A stretch of 64,000 bases of DNA from a virus. Lineage: Duplodnaviria; Heunggongvirae; Uroviricota; Caudoviricetes. Under the pieces are notes generated by a model. It saw only the letters and a list, made by a program, of their open reading frames with translations. It made no database searches and was not told where the DNA came from. Positions 1 through 8,847 of this stretch are shown in pieces; positions within the stretch are counted from its first letter, which is position 1; every line of letters begins with the position of its first letter. Where the stretch lies: positions 147,298 to 211,297 of IMG/VR virus record IMGVR_UViG_3300033463_000001. One strand, given 5' to 3'. The position numbers were made by a program, and so were the translations under genes.

Positions 1-1188
1 AGTAAAAAGATGCCGGTTTATATCGAGAAGTTCCTAGATAAGGCTATCGGATATCTCATTCACGGTAACGGAAAAGCCTTTATTGAGTACTACTACGAGT
101 ATCTCGGTAAGATATATAATTACCGTATTCCGCTTCGCGATATCGCTTCTCGCGGCCAAATCAAAACGACACTTGATGAATATCAGGCAAGTCGAAACGA
201 ACTGACTGCAAGTGGTACGAAGAAGTCCAGGCAGGCATGGTATGAGCTGGTTCTGCGCGATGGAATTCACGTTGATATTGGAGACACTGTATATTACATC
301 AATACAGGTACTAAGAAGGGTGATGGCGACGTAAAACGCGTTGTTCACTACTACTCCGGAAGTGGTGAGAGTAAGGAAGAGATTACCAAACCTCTCAACA
401 AGGCCTGGGAGAAGTACAAGAAGGAGTACAAGGCTAATCCTGCAGCGTTCAAGGAGAATAAGCAGTTTAGTCTCATGGAGTTCTCGAAAAGCCATTACGC
501 AACAGATGCAGGATTTACGGACATCCACGACGAAGATGAGTTGATTATGAACTGTCAGATGATTCCGACATCTGTTGTTGATGCGGACGACGATACGTTC
601 TGCGACGACAACACCGAATACAACGCTTCGAAGTATGTTGACCAGTTCAACAACCGCATCAAACCGCTTCTTGTATGCTTCTCGCGTAACATGCGTGATA
701 AGATTCTGGTAACAGACCCAAATAACCGCAGCTACTTCACAGATGAAGAATGTGTGCTTGTTAGTGGCGAACCGTTTAATCCGAGCGACCAGGATACATA
801 CGAAGAGTTGATGACAATGGATAAGCGCGAAGTTGATTTCTGGACTCGCGTTAATAAGCGCCCACCGTTCGTAGATGAAATTGGAATGGATTGGGATGCT
901 ATCGTTAAAGAGCACGAAGAAATCAAGAAGCGTGAGCAGGAGACGATATTTAAGACTCTCAACGAACAATACCTCATTGCACTTGAGAAACTCAAGTCAA
1001 AGGAGATTGAAGAGTTCTATCAGACTGCAATACTTCCGAAACGAATCGGTGATATAGTTCACATGGACGTTGATATGCACTTGCGCTTCAATGACCTTCC
1101 GGATATGGTTCCGAGTACCGGGGGATATGTATTCGACGATATAGTAGAACCTAGCGAAAACGACGAAGACGAAGAGTCTGATGAGTAG
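1..1188 (+). CDS. DNA polymerase family B, C-terminal part (5'-truncated by window edge)
   Basis: Frame is open from base 1 (SKKMPVYIEKFLDK...). KIYNYRIPLRDIASRGQIK, VDIGDTVYYINTG and EYNASKYVDQFNNRIKPLLVCF resemble the thumb region of large-phage PolB. The catalytic palm motifs lie outside the window. Confidence 0.7.
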   Translation, partial: SKKMPVYIEKFLDKAIGYLIHGNGKAFIEYYYEYLGKIYNYRIPLRDIASRGQIKTTLDEYQASRNELTASGTKKSRQAWYELVLRDGIHVDIGDTVYYINTGTKKGDGDVKRVVHYYSGSGESKEEITKPLNKAWEKYKKEYKANPAAFKENKQFSLMEFSKSHYATDAGFTDIHDEDELIMNCQMIPTSVVDADDDTFCDDNTEYNASKYVDQFNNRIKPLLVCFSRNMRDKILVTDPNNRSYFTDEECVLVSGEPFNPSDQDTYEELMTMDKREVDFWTRVNKRPPFVDEIGMDWDAIVKEHEEIKKREQETIFKTLNEQYLIALEKLKSKEIEEFYQTAILPKRIGDIVHMDVDMHLRFNDLPDMVPSTGGYVFDDIVEPSENDEDEESDE

Positions 1189-1195
1189 TAATCAA

Positions 1196-1225
1196 GTTGG
1201 TGCGGATAATTTAGTCCGCACCAGC
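1196..1225 (+). terminator. Hairpin / probable intrinsic terminator after polymerase
   Basis: GTTGGTGCGGA...TCCGCACCAGC stem followed by AAATTTTT. Confidence 0.6.
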
Positions 1226-1239
1226 AAATTTTTAAAAAT

Positions 1240-1290
1240 TCGTCTAAAGGATTTGCTTTTTTCAAAAATTTTACTTATCTTTGCATCGAA
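1240..1290 (+). promoter_or_regulatory. Bacteroidota primary-sigma (early) promoter
   Basis: TTTG (1252-1255), 20-nt spacer, TATCTTTG (1276-1283). Matches the TTTG-N19-21-TAnnTTTG consensus, 25 nt upstream of ATG 1309. Confidence 0.85.
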
Positions 1291-1308
1291 TTTTAAATCA
1301 CACGACGC

Positions 1309-1689
1309 ATGAAACAATTACAAAACAACTACACAACCCCTGAGCAATCTCAGAAATTGCTGGAGTTAGGAGTACCTGTATTAACCGCCGATTGCTATTT
1401 TTATATCAAAGAAGTTAACGGTAGAAACATTTGTGATACGCCAAATCTTGTGCCTTATGGTATGGGTGAATATGGTTTAAAACGTTGGTGGACTGAAAGG
1501 AACAACGCACGATACACACCTTGTTGGTCGATTGGCCGGTTACTTGAGCTGGTTAATATATGCATGTATGATATAGACAAACGTGATAAATTTTACACAA
1601 AATTATATTATCATCAAGATGATTTAATTTCGTTTATTCTGTTGACATTACAATATAATGAGGTTGACTTTTCAAAATTGGAGTATTAA
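1309..1689 (+). CDS. Family A paralog 1 (unknown function)
   Basis: NNYTTPEQSQKLLELGVP..ADC / PCWSIGRL / DFSKL. Confidence 0.85.
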   Translation: MKQLQNNYTTPEQSQKLLELGVPVLTADCYFYIKEVNGRNICDTPNLVPYGMGEYGLKRWWTERNNARYTPCWSIGRLLELVNICMYDIDKRDKFYTKLYYHQDDLISFILLTLQYNEVDFSKLEY

Positions 1690-1691
1690 AC

Positions 1692-1877
1692 ATGAATGAA
1701 CATTTAATGACAGTACAAGAATTGTACGACTTCGCTAAAAAGCATGGCTTTGAAGATGCAACGATTTGGATTCCTATTGACTCTAACAACCATTCGTCAG
1801 TTGAAGGGGCTAGATTAACAATCCAATCTAATGGAAATACAAACAAAGGTGTGTATCTATATAAACCACAACAATAA
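1692..1877 (+). CDS. Hypothetical protein
   Basis: 61-aa ORF tightly packed in operon. Confidence 0.65.
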   Translation: MNEHLMTVQELYDFAKKHGFEDATIWIPIDSNNHSSVEGARLTIQSNGNTNKGVYLYKPQQ

Positions 1878-1880
1878 AAT

Positions 1881-2237
1881 ATGAAAACGTTTCAAAACAA
1901 CTACACTACCCCGGAACAGAGCAAGCTTTTGCTGAAGTTAGGGTTACCTGAGGATAGTGCAGACTGTGCACTTTTTGCACCAACACCAAACTCGATGTAT
2001 GAAAAAGAGATTTTGCTGCACGAAGGAACATATTCCAAGATAATTAATCATTACAAAGAGGTTGGTAGTACAATGTCTTATCTTCCATGCTGGTCAGTAG
2101 GCCGGTTAATGGAGATAATCATCATGTGTGATAGTATTATCGTACTTCCGATTAGTGACAAAACGCAGCCGCAGATAGATTGGCTTATCCGTGTTCTGCA
2201 AAAGAATAAGTTTAACTTTTCAAAACTGAATGACTGA
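1881..2237 (+). CDS. Family A paralog 2
   Basis: NNYTTPEQSKLLLKLGLPEDSADC / PCWSVGRL / NFSKL. Confidence 0.85.
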   Translation: MKTFQNNYTTPEQSKLLLKLGLPEDSADCALFAPTPNSMYEKEILLHEGTYSKIINHYKEVGSTMSYLPCWSVGRLMEIIIMCDSIIVLPISDKTQPQIDWLIRVLQKNKFNFSKLND

Positions 2238-2680
2238 TGAAAGGCTTCATTGAGAATCATCCTAAGTTGTTATTCCTTGGCATTATTCAAGGGCTAGCGC
2301 TAGCTGGTATATTTTTCGCCATCGCGGCGCACTATCTCGCACAACCGTTTAGTTTGACTTGGTTCCTATGTCTTGATTGCCCATTGTACGCATTTGTTAT
2401 CTGGGTATGGTGTAAAGCAATCATTCCTTGGTCGCTGAAAATAATCGACACAGAAGGTAAGGCTTCAACCAAGAATGATAATGTATTAACAGCATTTAAT
2501 AAATGTTTGAAGACAATCGAGAGTGCAAAAACACTCCAGCAACTTACGACTGCTCATAAAATGCTGTGCAACTTCAACAAGATGTACATTTACGGAAAAC
2601 CGTACGGTACAGAAAACTGTGTGTACAGAGAGGAATTGTATAGCGCTTATTACAAACAACATTACGCTTTAAAGGCATGA
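2237..2680 (+). CDS. Hypothetical membrane protein
   Basis: Two N-terminal hydrophobic segments; TGATG translational coupling. Confidence 0.7.
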   Translation: MKGFIENHPKLLFLGIIQGLALAGIFFAIAAHYLAQPFSLTWFLCLDCPLYAFVIWVWCKAIIPWSLKIIDTEGKASTKNDNVLTAFNKCLKTIESAKTLQQLTTAHKMLCNFNKMYIYGKPYGTENCVYREELYSAYYKQHYALKA

Positions 2681-3048
2681 AACGGTTTGAAACAAATTAC
2701 ACCAATCCTACGGAGTCTAAAATGCTGATTGATTCCGGATTACCAATCGATACTGCTGATTGTGCTGTACATACCGCTAGTTACGACAATAGTATCACAG
2801 TTATGCACGGTGGCTACACCTACACCAAGTGGATAAACGAGGTGTACGGATGTCAAGAAGTTGCGCCATATCTTCCTTCCTGGTCGGTTGGTCGCTTAAT
2901 AGAAATATTGAAAATTTGTTTAACAGACAAAGAAGCGCTGTTTATTACCTTTGAACTAATAAAAGATAGCATCTTTATTACGAGGAATCTTTGCCAGGTA
3001 TTCAAAGAGTATAACGATGTTATTGACTTCTCAAAACTGAATGATTAA
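2677..3048 (+). CDS. Family A paralog 3
   Basis: TNYTNPTESKMLIDSGLPIDTADC / PSWSVGRL / DFSKL. Confidence 0.85.
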   Translation: MKRFETNYTNPTESKMLIDSGLPIDTADCAVHTASYDNSITVMHGGYTYTKWINEVYGCQEVAPYLPSWSVGRLIEILKICLTDKEALFITFELIKDSIFITRNLCQVFKEYNDVIDFSKLND

Positions 3049-3049
3049 T

Positions 3050-3478
3050 ATGAAAACCAACAAAGAAGAAGCATTCGACAAAATGCTTAATTACGCAGAG
3101 CAACTTGCTCACAACTACGGATTGTTTAACGTAGAAGAGAAAAAGAGTACATTCTGGGCAGATTTCGGTAGCCGGGAGTTAAAATGGACAGACGGTAAAA
3201 ATAAAGGCGTTCGTGTCGAGTTCCGGAGCCGTTTCAGAAACCCGCGAATCGATTTCCGCAACAACAATGACTTTGCTGCTGTTGAGCTTTCACAAGGACA
3301 TCGCGCGACCGGTGAGAAGGATGAGAAGGGTTATGATATGATTGAATATGATGGAATCTATCGTCCGTACGAAATACAAGCATGGGGTGAAGGTGGCCTT
3401 GCAATGGTAAACATCATGTGGCAGGAATTGTCTGCGCTTATTCACGAACCGACAAACGATTTCATCGAGGATGAGTAA
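3050..3478 (+). CDS. Hypothetical protein
   Basis: ORF in operon; alternative ATG at 3041. Confidence 0.7.
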   Translation: MKTNKEEAFDKMLNYAEQLAHNYGLFNVEEKKSTFWADFGSRELKWTDGKNKGVRVEFRSRFRNPRIDFRNNNDFAAVELSQGHRATGEKDEKGYDMIEYDGIYRPYEIQAWGEGGLAMVNIMWQELSALIHEPTNDFIEDE

Positions 3479-3481
3479 GTT

Positions 3482-3643
3482 ATGAATTACGACAGCTATA
3501 AAGAGCAGGCACTGTATGCTTGCGAAGACATCATCAATAATTGCGATAGGATGACAACCGGTAACTTTATGCATAACGTTGCGGCAATCAAACTATTTGC
3601 AAGGACAATCAAAAATTGTGTTGAACACTTAAAAGAGGAGTAA
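3482..3643 (+). CDS. Small hypothetical protein (53 aa, below ORF-track cutoff)
   Basis: Hand-translated MNYDSYKEQALYACEDIINN...LKEE*; exactly fills the gap between neighbours. Confidence 0.6.
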   Translation: MNYDSYKEQALYACEDIINNCDRMTTGNFMHNVAAIKLFARTIKNCVEHLKEE

Positions 3644-3645
3644 AT

Positions 3646-3981
3646 ATGTACTATTACGACGAATTAAAGTTCCACATATGGTCTCTTGTGGTGATATTAG
3701 GACTTTTCTTTGCGTTCTACTTGCCGCTTAATTTCGCTGACAAGCACTACGAAACAATCACTGTTAAGGAGAAGACAGTCGAACCCGGAAGGTATGGTTC
3801 CTATCTTATCATCAGCAAGTACCAAAGTTTTGAAGTGGACGACTCTGATGTATACAGTCAATTGAAAGTAGGAAAGACGTATAAGGTGTACGTTATGGGA
3901 AAACGGAACCATTTCTGGCAAACACACAAACGAATAGTTGGTATTGTAGAAACTTATCCACAAACACGCCAAAAGCAATGA
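3646..3981 (+). CDS. Membrane-anchored hypothetical protein
   Basis: N-terminal TM helix (IWSLVVILGLFFAFYLPL) followed by a beta-rich domain. Confidence 0.7.
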   Translation: MYYYDELKFHIWSLVVILGLFFAFYLPLNFADKHYETITVKEKTVEPGRYGSYLIISKYQSFEVDDSDVYSQLKVGKTYKVYVMGKRNHFWQTHKRIVGIVETYPQTRQKQ

Positions 3982-4082
3982 CAGACAATTCATATTTAGC
4001 ATACCTGAACGCTGCAGGATTTACACTTGTTGGTGGAATGGTTGTTCCTAAAAACTGGAGGAAGCATGAAAAAGTTGAATGA
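3978..4082 (+). CDS. Possible 34-aa peptide
   Basis: ATGA overlap with upstream stop; MTDNSYLAYLNAAGFTLVGGMVVPKNWRKHEKVE*. Confidence 0.35.
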   Translation: MTDNSYLAYLNAAGFTLVGGMVVPKNWRKHEKVE

Positions 4083-4419
4083 CAATTTCACTACACTAAG
4101 GAAGAGTGAAGTACTGCTTGAATTAGGCCTCCCGGAAGATACTGCAGATTGCTACTACGAAATGAGCTACCGTCCGATACGCGCGATTTTGCCTGACGGA
4201 ATCTCTTTTTCCAAACTACCGCAGTACATGGATGATGAGGATGGAGATTTGGATATACTTCCATGCTGGTCTGCCGGACGTCTGATTGACATCTACTGCA
4301 AGTGCATGGGTCATAGCGGCTTCCTTGTTGATAACGAGGATATGATGGGTTCACTTATATTAGGAATTTCATACGCAAAGAAAGCGGGTAGTTTACGGCT
4401 ATCAAAATTGGAGGATTAA
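4066..4419 (+). CDS. Family A paralog 4
   Basis: DNFTTLRKSEVLLELGLPEDTADC / PCWSAGRL / RLSKL; ATG 4066 chosen by alignment with the paralogs. Confidence 0.85.
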   Translation: MKKLNDNFTTLRKSEVLLELGLPEDTADCYYEMSYRPIRAILPDGISFSKLPQYMDDEDGDLDILPCWSAGRLIDIYCKCMGHSGFLVDNEDMMGSLILGISYAKKAGSLRLSKLED

Positions 4420-4421
4420 AT

Positions 4422-4844
4422 ATGGAAATGATAAATCACGAATGCTATGTATCTTTAGAAGTAGCAAAACTATTAAAACAAGCAGGATTTGATTGGCCGT
4501 GTAATCATGCTATTTGTTGTGATTGTACGCACTATCCTAATCTTAAAGAAGGTGATGTATTAGAGTATAACTATCTTGAATGTTCCGAACTAATGGAAGG
4601 AAAGAAACCTCATATGTTACTATGTCCGACACTTGATGTAGCACAAAGATGGTTGAGAGAAGTAAAAGAAATTGAAGTTAATACTCTTTGTGTTTATATA
4701 AATAATGTTAAAAAGTATAGTTATTCTGTATTTGAGGGAAAGTATAATAATGAACGCATTGAAGAAGGTTTTGATACTTTTGAAGAAGCACTTGAAGCAG
4801 GTATCAAGAAAGTACTTGAAATAATTTTAGAGGAAGAGGAATAA
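4422..4844 (+). CDS. Family B paralog 1 (unknown function)
   Basis: HECYVSLEVAKLLKQAGFDW / PTLDVAQRWLRE / DTFEEALEAGIKK; shared with 7706-8104. Confidence 0.8.
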   Translation: MEMINHECYVSLEVAKLLKQAGFDWPCNHAICCDCTHYPNLKEGDVLEYNYLECSELMEGKKPHMLLCPTLDVAQRWLREVKEIEVNTLCVYINNVKKYSYSVFEGKYNNERIEEGFDTFEEALEAGIKKVLEIILEEEE

Positions 4845-4848
4845 GATT

Positions 4849-5463
4849 ATGACAGAAGAAGAATACTTACCAAATACACACAAGAAGCGTTATGCAAAGG
4901 CAACAATCTATCTTGAAATTCCAGAAGATTTGGACGATGAATGCAAGGTAGAACGTGAAATTGAACGGTTACTTGATTATGGCCAATTATATTTCACAGG
5001 ACCTGCTGATGTCATGGTGTCTGGATGCGGTAGTGATGAACCAGAAAAGTTTATCAACCCGGTTGGTTATATTGCACCAGATGGTAAGTTTTATCTTATG
5101 GAGTCATCTGAATGCGGACTTGCTCATATCGAACTTGCTCCATTGATGCTCAAGATATATGGAGATAAATTAGACAGAATATTACTATATGGTGACGGGA
5201 TGAGCATTGACTACGGTTTGGAAAAGGCGGGTTTCGTTAAGGTACATAAGTTTGACATTCGTTATCTTGCACATTTTCAAGCAGGATTTGGTGACTATGA
5301 ACGATACACACCAGATATTACAAATGCACAGTTAGAGTCTATACTTCGTTATTGTAAGTTGTGGAATTATGATGGATGTATTTGCGTGAATGGAAAAAGA
5401 GTGAAGGTATCAACAATCAAGCAAGCAGATAAGTTTGCATTAAGAGAAATGTTTAGTTTATAA
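4849..5463 (+). CDS. Hypothetical phage protein
   Basis: GYIAPDGKFY...H...LEKAGFVKVH pattern seen in many phage proteins of unknown function. Confidence 0.7.
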   Translation: MTEEEYLPNTHKKRYAKATIYLEIPEDLDDECKVEREIERLLDYGQLYFTGPADVMVSGCGSDEPEKFINPVGYIAPDGKFYLMESSECGLAHIELAPLMLKIYGDKLDRILLYGDGMSIDYGLEKAGFVKVHKFDIRYLAHFQAGFGDYERYTPDITNAQLESILRYCKLWNYDGCICVNGKRVKVSTIKQADKFALREMFSL

Positions 5464-5469
5464 ATCATT

Positions 5470-5682
5470 ATGGAAAAGAAAATTACTGCTTGGGCAGCAA
5501 GAGATGAAGATGGGGAAATAACATTGTTTATGACTGATGCACCTTTCAAAGCAAGTGCTACATGGGTACCACAATCATACGATAATTCTTATTTAGAATT
5601 AGATAAAAATGATTTTCCTCAAGTAAAATGGGAAGATGATGAACCAACAGAAGTTGAATTAACAATTAAAATTGGTAAGTAA
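5470..5682 (+). CDS. Family C paralog 1
   Basis: MEKKITAWAARD...FPQVKWEDDEPTEVELTIK; shared with 6406-6627. Confidence 0.8.
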   Translation: MEKKITAWAARDEDGEITLFMTDAPFKASATWVPQSYDNSYLELDKNDFPQVKWEDDEPTEVELTIKIGK

Positions 5683-5683
5683 T

Positions 5684-6121
5684 ATGAGAGAAGATAACCG
5701 ATATGGTTATAAGAGATATATCTTGACAAAGCAGGAAGTGATAGACTCATTCAGTAATCCATATAAAGTTGTATGTCAAGCATCAGGATATGGGGAAAGT
5801 GCTATATTGACGTATGAGAATTTGATGTATTATTTGAAAAACTATCAGCATTATTCTTGGGGAATATGGGATATCAGGTGCTATGAAAGCGCAAAAGAAT
5901 TCATAGAATACGGTAAGAAATATAACTACGCCCTGAAATCATTGAAAGGATATAATCTATATAAATTTCCTGTTGAGGTGTATGACGGAGGAATTTATAT
6001 TAAAGGAATAGACGGATTTGAGTTCGTTTCGTTTGATAATCTACTGAAAGATTATAGATGGGAGGATGGTAGGAAATGTGGAATTATAAACTATGCGACG
6101 CAGTCGATTAGTATTGAATAA
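5684..6121 (+). CDS. Hypothetical protein
   Basis: ATG 5684 directly after upstream stop; 145 aa. Confidence 0.7.
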   Translation: MREDNRYGYKRYILTKQEVIDSFSNPYKVVCQASGYGESAILTYENLMYYLKNYQHYSWGIWDIRCYESAKEFIEYGKKYNYALKSLKGYNLYKFPVEVYDGGIYIKGIDGFEFVSFDNLLKDYRWEDGRKCGIINYATQSISIE

Positions 6122-6123
6122 CT

Positions 6124-6393
6124 ATGAATGATTTAAAAATGACTGGAGATTTCTATGAAGATGTGAAAATAGTCGGAGAGGCTGTTTGTCGTCTTCATGG
6201 AATGTTGGAGTTTCTTGAAAAAGAATGTATTGAAATGGATAAAGGACAGACTGCATCTGATAAATTTATCTATATAAACGATATGAAAAATGAAGTTAGT
6301 AAAGCAGTAGAACAAAGCAAACAATTAATACGCACTTCGGATATAGACCAATATGGCTCGTTGAGTAAATATATTAGGGGATATCTTGGATAA
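6124..6393 (+). CDS. Hypothetical helical protein
   Basis: 89-aa ORF in operon. Confidence 0.65.
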   Translation: MNDLKMTGDFYEDVKIVGEAVCRLHGMLEFLEKECIEMDKGQTASDKFIYINDMKNEVSKAVEQSKQLIRTSDIDQYGSLSKYIRGYLG

Positions 6394-6405
6394 TACAATA
6401 TAATT

Positions 6406-6627
6406 ATGGAAGAGAAAATTACCGCTTGGGCAGCAAGGGATAAATCCGGAATCCTATTTATATACACGCGAAAGCCTACAAAAGGAAAATCTTGCGATGC
6501 GTGGTATCTTAAAGGTGATGAAATCGGTGGTGTTGGGATAGAAATGGATATGAAGAAGTTTCCTGAAGTCAAATGGGAAGATGCCGAACCTACAAAAGTT
6601 GAATTAACAATTAAAATCTGTGAATAA
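6406..6627 (+). CDS. Family C paralog 2
   Basis: MEEKITAWAARD...FPEVKWEDAEPTKVELTIK. Confidence 0.8.
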   Translation: MEEKITAWAARDKSGILFIYTRKPTKGKSCDAWYLKGDEIGGVGIEMDMKKFPEVKWEDAEPTKVELTIKICE

Positions 6628-6628
6628 C

Positions 6629-7093
6629 ATGAAAACAAAGATTATTCCGTTCGACTTGGAGACAGCAAAGAAAATCCAAGCAGGATATATCACAGGTAGT
6701 ATTAAGACAAAGAACGGTCTAACGTGCAAAATAGTATCGTACTGTGACGGTACTGACTTCTTTGTTGAAAGAAAAACAGAAGCAAGTTATTTCCGTTGGT
6801 GCTACCCTTATACCAAAGACGGTAGGTACATAGACGGAAAGAATAACGGAGGTACTGATTACGACCTCGTTCTCGAAGTTGCCGACAATGAACCGCAGTT
6901 CAAGCCATTTGATAAGGTGCTGGTGAGGGACCTACCTACTAACAGATGGTTTATAAATTTATTTTCTCATTACGGGAGACAGGGTAATAAGGTTACTTAT
7001 TACTGTATGTATGGAGAAGATTGGATTTATTGTATCCCTTATGAGGGCAACGAACATCTTGTTGGTACGACCGGTAAACCAAAGGAGGACTGA
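6629..7093 (+). CDS. Conserved Bacteroidota-phage hypothetical protein
   Basis: PFDLETAKKI N-terminus and QFKPFDKVLVRD...CIPYEGNEHLVGTT C-terminal module. Confidence 0.75.
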   Translation: MKTKIIPFDLETAKKIQAGYITGSIKTKNGLTCKIVSYCDGTDFFVERKTEASYFRWCYPYTKDGRYIDGKNNGGTDYDLVLEVADNEPQFKPFDKVLVRDLPTNRWFINLFSHYGRQGNKVTYYCMYGEDWIYCIPYEGNEHLVGTTGKPKED

Positions 7094-7095
7094 TT

Positions 7096-7311
7096 ATGAA
7101 GTATAAAGCAAATTACATTTGGAACATTATATGCACTTTTGTTTTTGTCTTTGTCGCAGTATATGACATAGCGAACGGAAGGATGTGGCAATCTTTGATA
7201 TGGTTTTTTAACTCTTTCCTTACTGTTGCCAGCTGCTTCTTTTTTCAAAACAAAGAGAAGCTAGAAAAGCTGGACGAGATTAAGGAACTACTCAAAAATA
7301 AGGAGGAATGA
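7096..7311 (+). CDS. Small membrane protein
   Basis: Two hydrophobic segments and a charged tail. Confidence 0.7.
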   Translation: MKYKANYIWNIICTFVFVFVAVYDIANGRMWQSLIWFFNSFLTVASCFFFQNKEKLEKLDEIKELLKNKEE

Positions 7312-7709
7312 GTATGAAAAAGTTACAAAACAATTTTACAACTCCGGAGCAGTCAAAGAGACTGTTGGAGTTAGGAGTGCCTGCGGATAGCGCGGATTGT
7401 TACTATGATTGGTACGGTATGGAAATGGAACCACATCCATATAAATTTGTAGCAGTATTCAATGGAGATGATACTTTTACTATTCTAAAAGATAGATTTA
7501 AAAGAGAACTTCTCCCCTGTTGGTCTGTTGGCAGACTGATTGAGGTGTATCTTACATGTGCTTTAGAATATCATCCTTATGATGATTTTTACACAGAGAC
7601 ACCAAGTTTACATCTTATGGCTTTTGATAAAGATAGGCTTATCGAGGAGGTTATTGAGATAATGTCCGAGGACAAAATGGACTTTTCAAAATTGGAAAAT
7701 AAATTATGA
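7308..7709 (+). CDS. Family A paralog 5
   Basis: NNFTTPEQSKRLLELGVPADSADC / PCWSVGRL / DFSKL. Confidence 0.85.
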   Translation: MSMKKLQNNFTTPEQSKRLLELGVPADSADCYYDWYGMEMEPHPYKFVAVFNGDDTFTILKDRFKRELLPCWSVGRLIEVYLTCALEYHPYDDFYTETPSLHLMAFDKDRLIEEVIEIMSEDKMDFSKLENKL

Positions 7710-8104
7710 ACACACATGAATCTTATGTAAGTATAGAAACTGCTAAACTGTTAAAAGAAGCTGGGTTTGATTGGTATTGTGAAATGGTATACTGTAATGA
7801 CGACCCGGCGATTATCGACAACTCCCATTGCCCGTGTAATTGGAATAGCTGTGATAATAACTATTCAGCTCCGACACTTTCTGTTGCGCAGAAGTGGCTG
7901 AGAGATACGAAAACGCATGATGTGTATGTATTCCCAACTACCAATATCAAGCGCGAAAATGTATACCAATACGGTATCAAATGCCCGAAAGGCACTTTGT
8001 GGGTTCCAGGCCAGCCAAGTACGGCGATGTATGACACTTACGAAGAGTCTTTTGAAGAAGGTATAAAGAAATGTTTAACAATAATATTAAATGAAAAGAA
8101 ATGA
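7706..8104 (+). CDS. Family B paralog 2
   Basis: HESYVSIETAKLLKEAGFDW / APTLSVAQKWLRD / DTYEESFEEGIKK. Confidence 0.8.
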   Translation: MNTHESYVSIETAKLLKEAGFDWYCEMVYCNDDPAIIDNSHCPCNWNSCDNNYSAPTLSVAQKWLRDTKTHDVYVFPTTNIKRENVYQYGIKCPKGTLWVPGQPSTAMYDTYEESFEEGIKKCLTIILNEKK

Positions 8105-8283
8105 GAGCATTTGAAATCAGAACAAAACGAAGCGATTATCCATTCCTTATAATAGCATCAAGCTACAAGAACGCAATAGACATTCTTCGTAGTACAAAAG
8201 AAATATACGATATTGACATTATTATGATACATCAATTAGATGATTATAAAAATGGTCACATCTTCATCGAAGGTACGAAATGA
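8101..8283 (+). CDS. Hypothetical protein
   Basis: 60 aa, ATGA-coupled. Confidence 0.6.
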   Translation: MRAFEIRTKRSDYPFLIIASSYKNAIDILRSTKEIYDIDIIMIHQLDDYKNGHIFIEGTK

Positions 8284-8462
8284 AAGCAAAAGACTTAGCG
8301 GATATACTATTGAAGCATCCTGACTCTGATGTACGCGTTGGAATACAACGCTATATTCCAAGATGCCGAGAGTATAGTTATGAATATGTTTATTTAACCG
8401 ACGAGTTAATTGACATTAACGACGAATATAATGAAATTTTGCTAGGAAAGGAGTATGAGTGA
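8280..8462 (+). CDS. Hypothetical protein
   Basis: 60 aa, MKAKDLADILLKHPDSDV; ATGA-coupled. Confidence 0.6.
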   Translation: MKAKDLADILLKHPDSDVRVGIQRYIPRCREYSYEYVYLTDELIDINDEYNEILLGKEYE

Positions 8463-8845
8463 TGAAAAGACTACAAAACAACTTCACGACACAGGAGCAG
8501 TCGAAACGACTATTGGAGCTTGGAGTACCTGCTAATAGCGCTGATATGTATTATGGCTTATTCGTAGAAGCAGTAATATATACCGGATATGATGATGTGC
8601 CAAAAGGTAAAACATTTTACTGTCACGAACCAAGCGTAAGGCATATTGATTCAAACGGAACTGTATGTGAACTCAAAAGAACAGATATACCATGCTGGTC
8701 CGTCGGACGGTTGATAGAGATATTTAATATCTGTAATTGTTATAGTGCGGATTGTGATTTGACAGCAACTCCTCAAGGTATGGTAGATGAAATCGAAACT
8801 GCTATTATGGATGATATATGGGATTTTTCAAAATTGAAGGACTAA
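8462..8845 (+). CDS. Family A paralog 6
   Basis: NNFTTQEQSKRLLELGVPANSADM / PCWSVGRL / DFSKL. Confidence 0.85.
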   Translation: MKRLQNNFTTQEQSKRLLELGVPANSADMYYGLFVEAVIYTGYDDVPKGKTFYCHEPSVRHIDSNGTVCELKRTDIPCWSVGRLIEIFNICNCYSADCDLTATPQGMVDEIETAIMDDIWDFSKLKD

Positions 8846-8847
8846 TT

